Below, one piece after another: positions 37,530 to 49,889 of a DNA stretch of 64,000 bases. Positions within the stretch are counted from its first letter, which is position 1, and each line of letters opens with the position of its first letter. The notes beneath the pieces were generated by a model. The model was not told the DNA's origin, did not search any database, and saw nothing but the letters and a program-made list of their open reading frames with translations. Both the position numbers and the translations under genes were made by a program. This DNA is from Sphagnum compactum (Eukaryota). Location of the stretch: positions 12,142,213-12,206,212 of the forward strand of contig OZ234493.1 of assembly GCA_965153455.1 (NCBI GenBank), read 5' to 3'.

Positions 37530-40244
37530 TCTTTCTTTCTTTCTTTCTTTCTTTCTTTTAATTTAACGTCAATACCCGGACCAGAGAGATCCATTTGACG
37601 ACAATTACATAGTTGACTTGAGCAAAACACTCCTGTTGTCTAGGTAAGAAACTAAGTACAAAGCTACCGCTTTCTGATTAGCCGAATGCATCAATTCAGG
37701 AAGTAAGCTGCACGGTGTCAATTGTTTCCCTAACTGTTGACTAAACTTGCAACGGATGTCATGGTGAGCTGGGCACACTAACAACAAGTGGTCTTCATCC
37801 TCAACAGCTCCTAGGGAACATAGACGACAAATCCTATCTCTCCTCGGGACACTCTCAGGCTTTGCATGCCTGCCACACTCTACCTCCAAACGATGGTTTG
37901 AACATCTGAACCTTGACAAAGATTGCCTGAGCTGAACATTTGTGATCACTTGCAAATACCTCTGATGTGCATATGAGTATCCAGATTCTGTTGTACAGCT
38001 TGCGTTCATCAGCTGGTATGTACGTAATCTGCTACTTTTGGTTCTGGCCTGTTCACCATAAGTAGATTCTAGGTAAGAAGCCTGTGCACTCGCTATAGCA
38101 CACTTGATATTAGCATAGAGAACCTCAACACCTTGGTCTTTAAGCCACAACTGCACGTTCCGGAGCCAACATTGTTGGTTATCATTGAGCATGCTGAGCA
38201 TCTGGATTTGGGTCTGGTAGGCACAGTACAACAGACGATCTGCTGTGGATTTCCGTAGCCTATCATAATACTTGAGAGTTTGTTGCCACCAGAAATATTC
38301 TAATGGATACCTTCCAAACTCCCCCAACACAACAAAAGTGCTTGTTGTTTTATTGACCCCTAATATTCCTCTCAGGAACATTCTATGTACTTGTTCTGCT
38401 TGTTGCAACCCTTTCGCCCCTGTACAACCTGTCCACACCTCGCATGCATAGCTCAGTACTGGGCATACTAGTGAGTCGAACAACTGACACATTACTTCCG
38501 GATCTGTTATGCTCAGATCATTGCATCTGCGGCGTAATGCAAACAGTGCCTTCTTCCCAGCAGCTATCAATTTGGCTATGGCTACTGCCATGCCTTTTGT
38601 ACTATGTAACTCTAAGCCCAAGTATCTGAATGATTGAACCCGCTCAATGGTTGTCCCTCTGTATGTGAACTCTGGCGCTACACTGCGGTGTTTCTCAAAC
38701 ACCACCACCTTGGTCTTGCTCACATTGATGACCAATTGTCGGTCAACACAAAACTCAGACAAAACATTTATTTGTTTCTGCAACCCTTGTGGGGTTTCTG
38801 ACATCAATGCCAGATCATCGACATACAACAGTAATTTGACTATTATGTCTGCCAGCTATGGCGGGCTGTCGCCCTCAAGTGCATCTAGATGTTTCTCAAG
38901 TCCATCAAGGTAGAGTCCAAAAAGCAGTGGACAGCCTTGTTTGACCCCAATGCCACATGGGAACCGGGCTGATAGCCCTTCTGTTGGATGCATAACTCTG
39001 ACGCTATCCTGGCTATACATGCTCTGTAGACACTGCATGAAGCGGCCCACAATTCCCATCTCATCTAGCACTTGCCATAGCAGATCACGGGGCACTGTAT
39101 CAAAAGCTTTGCGGAAGTCCACAAAACAGCAGTACACCTTTTTGCGTTTGTGAATGCTCTGTTCAATGAGCGTTCGCAAAATGTACAGGTTATCCGTGGT
39201 GCGGAAATCTTTCCTAAAACCAGCCTGTCCCCTGGCACGTAGGCCCCTCTTTTCTGCCCAGCTGCTCAACCGTGCTTCAAGAATCATGGCAAACACCTTA
39301 GCTAATACAGGACCCACTGTGATTCCCCTGTAGTTTTCAAATTGCAAGGCATCACCACCCTTGTGCAATGCATGAATGACTCCAGTAGACAAGCTTGCTG
39401 AATAACCTCGTTGCAACAACTTGTTGAATACAATCTGTAGTGGTACATGCAACATATCGCCAGCATCAAGCAGAAACTCTGCTTTGATGCCATCTAAGCC
39501 AGCAGACTTGTTACGTTTGAGTCTCCTCATCACTTGCGCAATTTCATCTAAGGTTATGTCACAGTTTAGTGTGCTGCAAGCATCACTTGCAAAAGGGTGT
39601 GACAAGTTCAAGACCACCTGATCTGTAGAGCTACCCTGTGCCCCAGCTGTATTACTGGGGCATTGTCCCTCCAATAGCTTCTGGAAGCCAGCAACCAAGT
39701 CTGTTTTGCTGATAGCAACGGATCGCTCCTTGGTCTTGGAGTATTGCCTCCAGAAGCTGGCTGGATCTGTCTTTGCTAGTGCACACAATTGTCGCCCTTG
39801 CAGTTTCTTGTATGTGCGTTTCTTACGACGCAGTAGCTGTTTAAGTTGCTTCTTCCATTCGTGTGCTAGATGGCTATTAGGATGAAGCTTTGCATATGCA
39901 GATACTTCCTTGTGCTTGCTACGACATTCAGTATCAAACCATGGTTGATGACGATGTTGTGTTGTACTGGTGCGTGCCGCAGGGCAGCCATGCACAGCCA
40001 CAACAGCGTTACAAATGCAATCATGCAACAACTGCACGACCATGTCAACATTGTTTGTGTCACTCATCTGTGCTGTGCACTGGGCAATCTGTTGTTGCAG
40101 GTGTTGACAATACTGTGTGCACTTGCTAGCATCATATTTGAAACGACGGATGTCTGCACGAGAGTCTGAAATTGTTGGTGACACATGTTGCCAAGGTAGT
40201 TGAGTGAAAGTGGCCTATGGTCGAAATCACCCCCTTTTTCACAG
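37530..40244 (-). mobile_element. 5'-truncated non-LTR retrotransposon (LINE, RTE/RTEX-like) with (GAAA)n tail
   Basis: RT ORF remnants, the endonuclease end motif (D.DHRPL) at the truncation point, a short 3' UTR, and (TTTC)n on the + strand at 37530-37558. Confidence 0.92.
37605..40184 (-). pseudogene. LINE ORF2: reverse transcriptase plus C-terminal CCHC-type motif, one in-frame TAG at 38856-38858
   Basis: KSAGLDGIKAEFL, NYRGITV, GQAGFR, FVDFRKAFDTVPR, GVKQGCP, LLYVDDL, FRYLG, RICRLC...EDEDHLLLVCP. The two ORF-track pieces are in the same frame. Confidence 0.92.
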
Positions 40245-40722
40245 ACTCCATCACAAAATTGAAAAAAAAAATTGAAAAAAAAAAACTAAATAAAATCTCC
40301 AAATTAAATAATTATACAAAAATACTTGGAAACAAAAAAATAAAATAAAATAAATTTTCACATGTGAAAAATCAAAAGATGATTATATGAAAGGGTTCCA
40401 GCTTTCGAAATATAACCGGTGGGTATTACCCAAAATAGGGAGGGTGAATTGATAACTGGTGGGTACCATTGTGAAGGGGGGGGGATAACCGGATAATCTA
40501 ATTTTGAGGTTTCATCTCCTACCCGGACGGGTATGTTCAAAAAGAAATAACCGGACTACGGTGATCCAGAGGGGGGGGGGGTTTTTTTTTTTAGGGTTTC
40601 AGTAAGCCCTTTGTTTTGCTGTTGCTGTTGCACACGCTGAGGAGAGGAAGAGCGGGGAGCGCACGAACGCGTGCACTCAGACCGACGCAAACGTAACGAG
40701 CTCGGAGCGATTGTGTGTGGAT

Positions 40723-43700
40723 ATGGCTTCCATAACTCATGTTGCAACCGCTGCTGCGGTGACAACAAGTGGCGCCAAGCTTGGTGGCAAGGAGAATCAC
40801 ATTATGGCACATTCTTTGTCGTCCTCTTTCGCTCTCAGTCGTCCGTTGTCGGGCATGGTTGGAGCTCTGCAAGCAAGGAAGGTTAGCACTAGTGGTGGGA
40901 GAGGACGAGGTGGTGGTGGCAGCCTGCTGCAGACGACTCGCGCCATGGCTAAGGAGCTTTACTTCAATAAGGATGGCTCCGCCACCAAGAAGATGCAGGT
41001 GTGTTTTGTAGTCTGAATCTGTTTCTTTTTTTGTTTTTTTTCTTCGTATCGCTCTCTACGGTTTTGCTCTCTCGTTCGGAGCAAACTTAGCTTGCCGAAT
41101 CGGGTTTTGTTTGTTGTCTCGTCTTGAGGTTTTGAGGAATGGGTTTTAGGATTTTTCTTAGGGTTGTCACCTCTCTTTGAGGTTATGAAAATCTGTCACT
41201 GTTCTCTGCAGTGAACGCAATCCTGGTTTTGGTTGAATTGTATTCACAGCTGAATGCATGCACTTCAGTGCTTGTTGTGCATTGCATCAATTGCTGACCG
41301 CACAACCAGAGTGCAGCAGCGACTGTTTTAATCAGTGAATTGCTCCAGTGCATTTGAATGGTGCAGATTTGTCAACCTTATGAGTGGAGGTTTGATTTTC
41401 CTTTGGATTGAATTTCTCTTGTGTTCCTGCACTCGTAAACTGAATTTTGCTCAATTTTTCACATGGTATTCACAGCCGAATGCATGCAGTTCAGTGCTTG
41501 TAGTGCATTGCATCAATTGCCAAACTCATGAACATAGCCGCAGTGTCCGTTTTAGTCAGTGAATCATTCTGGTGCATTTGAATGGAGCAGAATTTTCGGC
41601 CTTATAAGCATAGGCTGGATTATCCTCTGGATTGTACTTTTCTTGTGTTCCTGTACTTTTAAATATAATTTTGCTCAATTTTGCACATGGTATTCACAGC
41701 CAATTTCATGCAGTTCAGTGCTTTTTGTGCACTGTATCAATTGTCAATCTCACAACCAGAGCAGTGGTGTCTTTGTTTTAGTCAGTGAATCACTCCGGTG
41801 TGTTTGAATGGAACAAATTTCTGGGTCTTATGAGTGGAGGCTTGATTTTCCTTTGGATTGAACTTTGCTTGCATTACTGCACTTGTAGACCTAATTTTGC
41901 TCAAATTTTCACACATTGCTTCTTGCTGCTTTTTGCCATTTAATATTGCATTTCTCAATTCACGTCTGGGCTTAGATGACATTCACACAATTTTATCATT
42001 TTTGGAAGAATTGATTTTATCGTTGTATGAATCCTGGTGATCATCTCATGCATTTTTGTGCTTTGTTGCATTGCAGATTGGAGTCAACAAATTGGCTGAT
42101 CTTGTCGGTGTGACTCTTGGACCCAAGGGAAGAAATGTGGTTCTGGAGAGCAAGTATGGGTCCCCCAAAATTGTGAATGATGGAGTCACAGTTGCAAAGG
42201 AGGTAAGCAGTGGTCACAGCTTTTTCTTGTGTTCCCATGTGCAAGAATGTGTTTCTGTTTAATTACCTATACACCTCTTATTCTTTCCATCCTTGTGTTC
42301 AGCCTACTGATGTAAATGTTGGTATTACAGGTTGAGTTGGAAGATGCGGTGGAAAATATTGGTGCTAAACTTGTGAGACAAGCAGCAGCAAAGACCAATG
42401 ACTTGGCTGGTGATGGCACCACCACATCTGTTGTACTAGCACAAGGACTCATTACCGAGGGTGTGAAGGTAAGTTCTTTGTTTTTCACTGTGTTTGAATC
42501 AGGCTTTTCTTCAATCCTGTCCAGGATTTTTGCAGGAGACACATGATGGAGGGCTGGGTGGAAGGGCAAAATGGGGGAAGTTGGGTTAGAAGCTATGAAC
42601 ATTGTGACCTAGCATGTAGAAGGACTTGTGGCTAAATTATTTGTGTATGCAGGTTGTAGCTGCAGGTGCCAATCCTATCCAAATCACAAGGGGCATTGAC
42701 AAGACAATCTCAGCTCTTGTCAAAGAGTTGAAGTTGCTATCAAAAGAGGTGAGGACGCTTTCAGTAAGATTTCTCTAGTAGTTGCTTCTTGTGATGCTTT
42801 TAGATTTCTAGATGATCATGAGCTGTTTTATCATTGCCAAGTTCTTATGAGACAAGAGGAGAGAGCAAATTTGCTTGCATCCTTAAGGGAAAGTGGGTTC
42901 ATCAGGTTGAGGACAGTGAACTGGCAGATGTTGCAGCTGTAAGTGCTGGCAACAATGAGGAAGTAGGGCAGATGATTGCTGATGCCATGCACAAAGTGGG
43001 CCGCAAGGGTGTTGTCACATTGGAAGAAGGAAAGAGTGCCGAGAATAGCTTGTATGTTGTGGAGGGAATGCAGTTTGATCGTGGCTACATCTCACCATAC
43101 TTTGTCACTGATCCAGAGAAGATGTCAGTTCAGTACGACAACTGCAAGGTATACATCATCATTTTTGCAGCTCAAAGTCCAAATACAAGTATCTTTGTCT
43201 GCGTTAGAACCTCTTAAGCTTCTTGAAGCTTAATGTTGTGATGAACCTGCAGGTCTTATAGTGAACGAAGAGCAAGTAACTTTTGTATGTTTGCATGGTA
43301 TGCTTTATGTTGTGTATTTGTTGTGTATTTTCATTTCATCATTATAGAATGCCAATGCCTTAGTTGTGAGCAGCAGGTGAGCGGGAGAGAAGAAGAATCA
43401 GGCATGGTAAAGTGTGCCAAGGCTGATGTGCTTTTTGCATGTGCCAGCTGCTGCTTGTTGATAAGAAGATCTCTACAGCTCGTGACATGATTGGAATACT
43501 TGAGGATGCAATCCGGGGTAGTTACCCGATTCTGATTATTGCTGAGGACATTGAGCAAGAGGCCTTGGCTACATTGGTTGTCAACAAGCTGCGTGGTGCT
43601 CTGAAGGTGGCAGCAATCAAAGCTCCAGGGTTTGGAGAGCGGAAGAGCCAGTATTTGGATGACATTGCTATTCTAACTGGAGGTCAGCAGCTAACTAACA

Positions 43701-46365
43701 CTGTGCCTTGCTCGGGGTTATGCTAGTGTTAGATATATGCTCAGCTTGAAGTTGAGATCTCAAAACTCTGAACAACTCTGCATCCTAGATCTTATTGGGA
43801 CATTGACTGATCTATCTTTAAGAGAATATCAAATAATTTAGATGGCTTGTCTTGAAATCAGTATTGGTTTAAGGTTTGTGGGTTTAGTTAGTTTAGGGCT
43901 TAGGGTTTGGGTTTAGGATATCTGCTAGTTTGTGTGTGTCACAATGAGGCACTTCACTTGTTCTATGTTTGTTTTGATTTTGCTGGGACTGACATGATGG
44001 CTACCTTCAAAGTGTTACTGTGGAGTCTTCTCTACAATCTCAGATGTGAAATTTATAACAGTGTTGCGCGTGCACCCTGTAGGCACTGTTGTTAGAGATG
44101 AGATTGGTTTAGCATTGGACAAGGTTGGCCAAGAAGTCCTTGGAACTGCTGCCAAAGTAGAACTTACCAAAGATGCCACAACAATTGTGGGAGATGGCTC
44201 CACACAAGATGCTGTGACCAAACGTGTTTCTCAAATTCGCAACTTAATTGAGGTGGGGACCAACTTCCTTTTACTTTCCATGTTTTGCAGATGTTATCAA
44301 CTCCTGGCAGTAGCATGCTACAGTTTGACCTATATTTAGAGCTTCCAGGATTTGTACCATTCTTGTAGTATCTTAGTTCTGGCAGTGACTGCCATGCTTA
44401 CCTAATGGGAGTCTGATGCTTTACGTCTGTTTGTAGTCATATCTTCAGTTTGCTCAATCTTTTATTCAAGTCTGGATGATGTCTTCATGCAGGTGGCAGA
44501 GCAAGATTATGAGAAAGAAAAGTTGAACGAGAGAATTGCAAAACTGTCGGGTGGTGTTGCTGTCATCCAGGTCTTTAGCAATCCCTGTATCAATGTGGAC
44601 TGTTAACAGATTGTTGGGTTTCACAGTCCTCCATCCTGTTCTTGTATTTTTTTTTCGTTGAAGACCCAAGGCCAGGGAAAATCCCAAAGCTGATAGATTA
44701 GTAATTTTCTGCCAGATCATTCAAATTGCCTGTTAGTAATATCAGATGCATGGTATCAATCCTGTTGCAATGGTCAGTGCTTGCTTCTCAAGGTTCATGA
44801 TTTATCTGTAACAGGTTGGAGCTCAAACAGAAACAGAGCTGAAGGAGAAGAAGTTGCGGGTGGAAGATGCACTCAATGCAACAAAGGTTTGTGTATGTGC
44901 CTTTGCTCTTGCTTGTCTATTCTTAACTGTACCTCTTTTCTCATGTGTGCTGTTTTTATCGGGCATGGAGAGCAGGCTGCTGTGGAGGAAGGTATTGTTG
45001 TGGGAGGAGGATGTGCACTCTTGAGACTTTCCAGCAAGGTTGATGCTATCAAGGACACCCTCGAGAATTATGAGCAGAAGGTTTGTTTACATTTGCTAGA
45101 AAACAGATTTTTTTGCCTTGCCAAGCATTGAGGGTATATTCTGCAGATAAAAATTCTTTCTTTTGTAGCTCCTTCCTCACAAACTTGAGGCACACTTCTA
45201 TTTGAAGTGCTACTTATGCATTTTACTCATCTGCCAGGTTGGAGCAGACATTGTGAAGCGTGCATTAAGCTACCCCATAAAGTTGATAGCCAAGAATGCA
45301 GGTGTGAATGGCAGCATGGTTGTTGAAAAGGTGGACAATTTCACTTTGAAATCTTTTGTTGGTTTCTCTGTGCCATGCCCTTTTAAGGTTATTGAGAACT
45401 GTGTGTGACAATTCCTATATTGGCAGCTATCCTTGTCATTGTGCAAGCAAGTCTAGTAACTCTATTTGTAATGAAACAGGGTTTCAAAATTTTAGGGCCA
45501 GCAAGTGTCTCAGTGTATGAGTTTGCAGATGCAATTACCTGCTGTAATTTTATCAAAGTCCTGGGTCTTGTGTTTGGAGAATGAAGTGCAACTCAGAGAT
45601 TGTATTTCTGTGCTTGATGGGACTGTCTTTGTTGGTTCTTCAAGCTGCTGAAGCATGTCAATTCCACTGGTGTATTTCAGGTGCTTTCAAATGACAATTC
45701 CAGCTTTGGGTACAATGCTGCCACAGGAATATATGAGGATTTGATGGCTGCTGGCATAATTGACCCAACCAAGGTTTGTATTGTCAATCAGCCACAGATT
45801 GTAATTGTGTTTGCTAAACCCTTCCAGAGCTTTTAAACAAACGAAAGAGAATCTCACCAGTTTTTTTCTGTTTGTTCACATTTTATGGTGAGACAGCCTG
45901 TTAAGTTGTATAGTGTTTGTTACATTTCATTTTTCTGCAGGTGGTGAGGTGCTGTTTGGAGCATGCCAGCTCAGTTGCCAAGACCTTCCTCACATCTGAT
46001 GTGGTGGTAGTGGATATTAAGGAAGAGGAGACTGCTCCTGCAGGGTCCCCAATGGATAACTCAGGTACCTTTGCAGCCAAATTTGTTCCAACAGCATAGG
46101 TGATGATCTGTTCAGATTTCTTATGGGTGCCTTATAGCTGCTGCCAGCTAGTACTGGCAACCTACAATCAGATTTTTGAGCATTGAAGTTGTGTGCTTGT
46201 ATTCTGTTTTTTCCTTTTTTTTTGCCCCCGGTGGTAGATCTTTTATAGCAATATGAAGTGCTCCCTATCAACCTGGAGTACCCCATACTGGCATTGTCTG
46301 TATAAGACGATAAAAAAACTAAAACGTGCATGCTGTTTGTGTTCTGTGCAGGATATGGTTACTGA
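40723..46365 (+). CDS. CPN60B: Plastid chaperonin 60 subunit beta; 14 exons: 40723-40998, 42077-42202, 42331-42468, 42653-42748, 42906-43148, 43448-43682, 44083-44252, 44493-44570, 44815-44886, 44976-45080, 45238-45330, 45681-45773, 45941-46064, 46352-46365
   Basis: Transit peptide then [66 protein letters not shown], and the C-terminal PMDNSGYGY typical of the beta subunit. Confidence 0.97.
41241..41915. repeat. Three tandem copies of about 225 bp within Cpn60-beta intron 1
   Basis: TATTCACAGC..AT.CATGCA.TTCAGTGCT recurs at 41241, 41467 and 41691. Confidence 0.88.
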
Positions 46366-48384
46366 TCAGGGATTAACTAGATGCAATCGACTACCAGCAT
46401 GTCCCTTGTTTCAGGATCCGGGAGTTGTATCTTGATAGATTGAAAAGTGCAGGGTGTTCTGCCCTAGCAGGGCAGGCATTCCTTGTGACAAGTCTTCAGT
46501 CTGGAGTTCATTTGAGACATATTTTTGTATGCATATCATGACTTAAGTCAACCTGAATCAAAGTTTTGCATATGGGCTTCACTGCTGTAAAGAAAACACA
46601 TCTTCCAGTGACACTTTTCTTTTGCAGGTCCAGCAGGGGTATGGCCTAATGAGGGTACGGGTTGATAATTCTCTTGGAATTGGGCAAATTGTTCTTTGCA
46701 AATTCAAATTGCAGTCAGGAATGTAAATACGACAATTGTAGGGATATGGAACTAAAAATTCCTCATTTGTTTGTATTCAAACATCCTCAGCCCTTTTCTG
46801 TGAGTTGTAAAGTTAGCCACAGTAGAACTATCAAGATTCACTTGTCAAGTCCGGTGTTCAGTGTTTACTATCCAAATGACAAATACAATGATCTCATGGC
46901 CCTTTGTGCCTATTCTCCACCAAATGTGGGAAAACCTTTCTGCATGCAGTGGTGTGTTATGCAAAGCCTAAAGCTTTTTTCTTTCTCTTTCTTTATCTGG
47001 TGGAATCTGTTTTCTTAGTCTGTTGGTCCTCTCCTCTTCAAATTCTGTTCCAGTAGCCAGCCTCATGGGCGAATTTCTGTTACTGACAAGTCTTGTCAGA
47101 AACTGACTACATTGGATGTTTGATATTACCCTTCACCTGTTGCCAGAACTGATGGATTTGGCGGGGACAATACGGATTACGGTGGATGGTCAGTATCATA
47201 CATGTAGTTTATGGAACTGTTGAAGGTCTCAGGACATGCAATACTGTTGCTGTTCTGCTGTTAGTACATCTCGGTTTTTGTTTTGGGTCTATTGCATCAT
47301 CTCTAAATGTCTCTGATGCTTGACTGATAATCATCTCGTGCCTGATGTTTGATGGGTCAGGTGGCCTTTGTTTGTGGTGAAGTCTATCCGAAATTTTGCA
47401 GATTGATCAAAAACATTTGATCCAAGGGGGGAGAAACTTATCCTTGGAGAAAGAACTTTGACATTCAAGTTCCAATCCAGTTACATCACCTGAAGCAAAA
47501 CAAAGATTAAATTTGTTGAGTCTTAATACCTCACTCACAGAGTGAGGTAACAATTACCAAAATTTGAAGAGCTGAATTTTATATGGCTTCTTCATCAACT
47601 CTTGTAAAGCACATGATCCAAGAGAACTGCATAACTCAATCATGCATACTTGATTATAAATTTGAGAGCAAATGCCAGATTTCCCAGAAGCATTAGCTCA
47701 GGAAACTCCAGATGATTGTTGCTTTCATATATAGAAGAGGATTACTCACAGGCTGGAGCCCAGTGAGCTGTCTGCTACAAGATAGAGAAGGACGTTCACC
47801 CTCGTTGTGGTGTTTGCCAGCTTCTTGCGTCATCACCCACACGAGCTACACAATTCTAGGCAAGTAAACTGAGTTGAAAGCAGAGAACAGAATGCACAAA
47901 ATCATGAAAAATGCAATAGTAGAGCAGATACTCAATAAGAAGGTCAGGGATCATCGTCTCTTTCTCCTTCTCAAATGTGCAACCACATTCCTTGAGGAGA
48001 ATCCATAAACCCTAATGCCATCAGCATGCTCAATAAGCGTGTCTCTCCTTTTCTCAAATGTGCCAAACCTTACAAACCACATTTGGTGTAGAGAATCCAT
48101 AAACCCTAGTGCCATCACCCCCGTGAAGAAAACAAGTTTTTACCGACACAGAGGGAGAAGGCGTGCGTGCATAACATGATCAACTTAGCAAAACGCGGCC
48201 CTTACGCTACGCAGAACCAAACAAAAAAGGTCTAAGAAAAAGGGAACCCTCGTTCGCCATCCTCGCAACTTCACCATCTCCATAGACATCATAGACACTC
48301 CAGTCTCTATCCGGTGTGGTCTCTCTCTCTCTCTCTCCGGCGCGGTTCTGTCCCCCCTCCTTCCCTTCCTTTTGAGTCCCTCCA

Positions 48385-48771
48385 TCAGATGAGCAGCTTC
48401 TCGATGGCGTCCTTGAGTTGCTGGATTTGCGACTTCAATTGGCTGCCCTCGTTGGTAGTTACGGAACACGCGATGACGGGCCTTGAAACCCCACAAGCCC
48501 GTCCTAACGCTTGCTTGGACGGCACGAACACGTATGGCACGTTCTTGTCCTCCGCTAGCAACGGCAAGTGCAGCAAAATCTCCAACGGCTCCGTGTCGGC
48601 TGCCATCACCACGAACTCCGCTATCCCTCTGTTCAACGTCTTGGTGGCCTCGTTAGCTCCCTTCTTCAGCTGCTTGTAGTTGCCTGCTTGCTGTACGATG
48701 TCCATGATTGTGATGGTCAGCTGGGAATCCGCCAACGGATACGCCTTGGGATTCACTACCTCCGACCCCAT
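48385..48771 (-). CDS. SNU13: SNU13 / NHP2-like protein 1 (15.5K, L7Ae family), intronless, 128 aa
   Basis: [15 protein letters not shown]...[72 protein letters not shown]...IEKLLI. Confidence 0.96.
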   Translation of the reverse strand: MGSEVVNPKAYPLADSQLTITIMDIVQQAGNYKQLKKGANEATKTLNRGIAEFVVMAADTEPLEILLHLPLLAEDKNVPYVFVPSKQALGRACGVSRPVIACSVTTNEGSQLKSQIQQLKDAIEKLLI

Positions 48772-49889
48772 TCTCTCTTGTCTCAACCTCCAAACGCTTC
48801 GAAAGTATCCGACCAACGCAAGACTCTCCCGAGAAGAAGAAACTCGCCCACAAAACAATCTCCCTGTCCAAGCCACTGTCGCCGCTGGCCAAAGATGCAC
48901 AATGGCGAAGGAACAGGGGCGGCAAAACAACATAAACAGCAAAAAGCAAACCCCACAAAGCCCTCGATTCACGGCCTAGGTTTAGGGTTCCAGGTGGAAG
49001 AGAAAGACCGTTGATGCAAGATCTGGACGGTCAAAAATGAACCCTAACCCTAAATTCTGGTTCCTTCCTCGTTCTCCTCTCTGTCCTCGTCTCTGCTGTG
49101 TCAGACAGAGAGAAGAAGAGAGGGAAGCTTCGTCTCCTGCAATGGATTTCGTTGTTCATCGATTTATAGGAAGAATTCAAATTCAAGCTGTTGATTCTTG
49201 CTCAAATTCTACAAATTCTGCGCACGTACAAAGTTTCTGCACTTTCTCTCATTTTTTTGGTCGTTCTCGTTTTCTAATGATATACTTCAGAGATTTGATT
49301 GTTTGTCAGAGGTTTAGGGTTTGGGGTTCTTGACCCTACTACAAGCTCATCAAGGAGTACCATGATTATTCGTTGTCGTTCGGTGATGACAGAATAAGGA
49401 CAGAGTGCTGAACGCCCAAAAATTTGCAGAGAAATCAAATTCCAAACTATTAGGCTCTCGAGAAAGAGAAGGGGGGGTGCGTGCGTGCAGAGGCAAAATC
49501 ATCACTTCGCAAAATCCCACTAAACTCTTACTCAGTTTGAGGAGGTTGCAGTGATGATGGTGTGCTACTTTTTCTACAAGAATTTCTGCATATAAATCTG
49601 TACCACAAGAGTTTTGTGAAATAAAGATTTGGATGTTCTGTTTGTGCACTCTGTCTGTCCTCACAATTGAAAGAAGTTACTTGTGCATCATCATCACCTT
49701 CATCATCATCATATCCTTCTCAGGTGAGACACATCAAACAATTGAGCTACCGTTCTGAAGAAATGCTCTGGCCATTTTGCACCCCTTCGTTAATTAATCC
49801 AAATTCTCTCAAGATCCTTACTCTGTTGGCGATTTCAGCTATATCCAGTGTGAGAAAGCTGAAAGGAAGGAGGCCACACTTGTGTGATC

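Noticed and set aside
37524-40250. Target-site duplication of the LINE
   Set aside because: Only an imperfect GACTAC/GACTCC match, too short to assert.
49350-49889. Additional C-terminal coding exons of the B3 gene
   Set aside because: An acidic-looking stretch is present, but no convincing splice path avoids the stops. Left unannotated.
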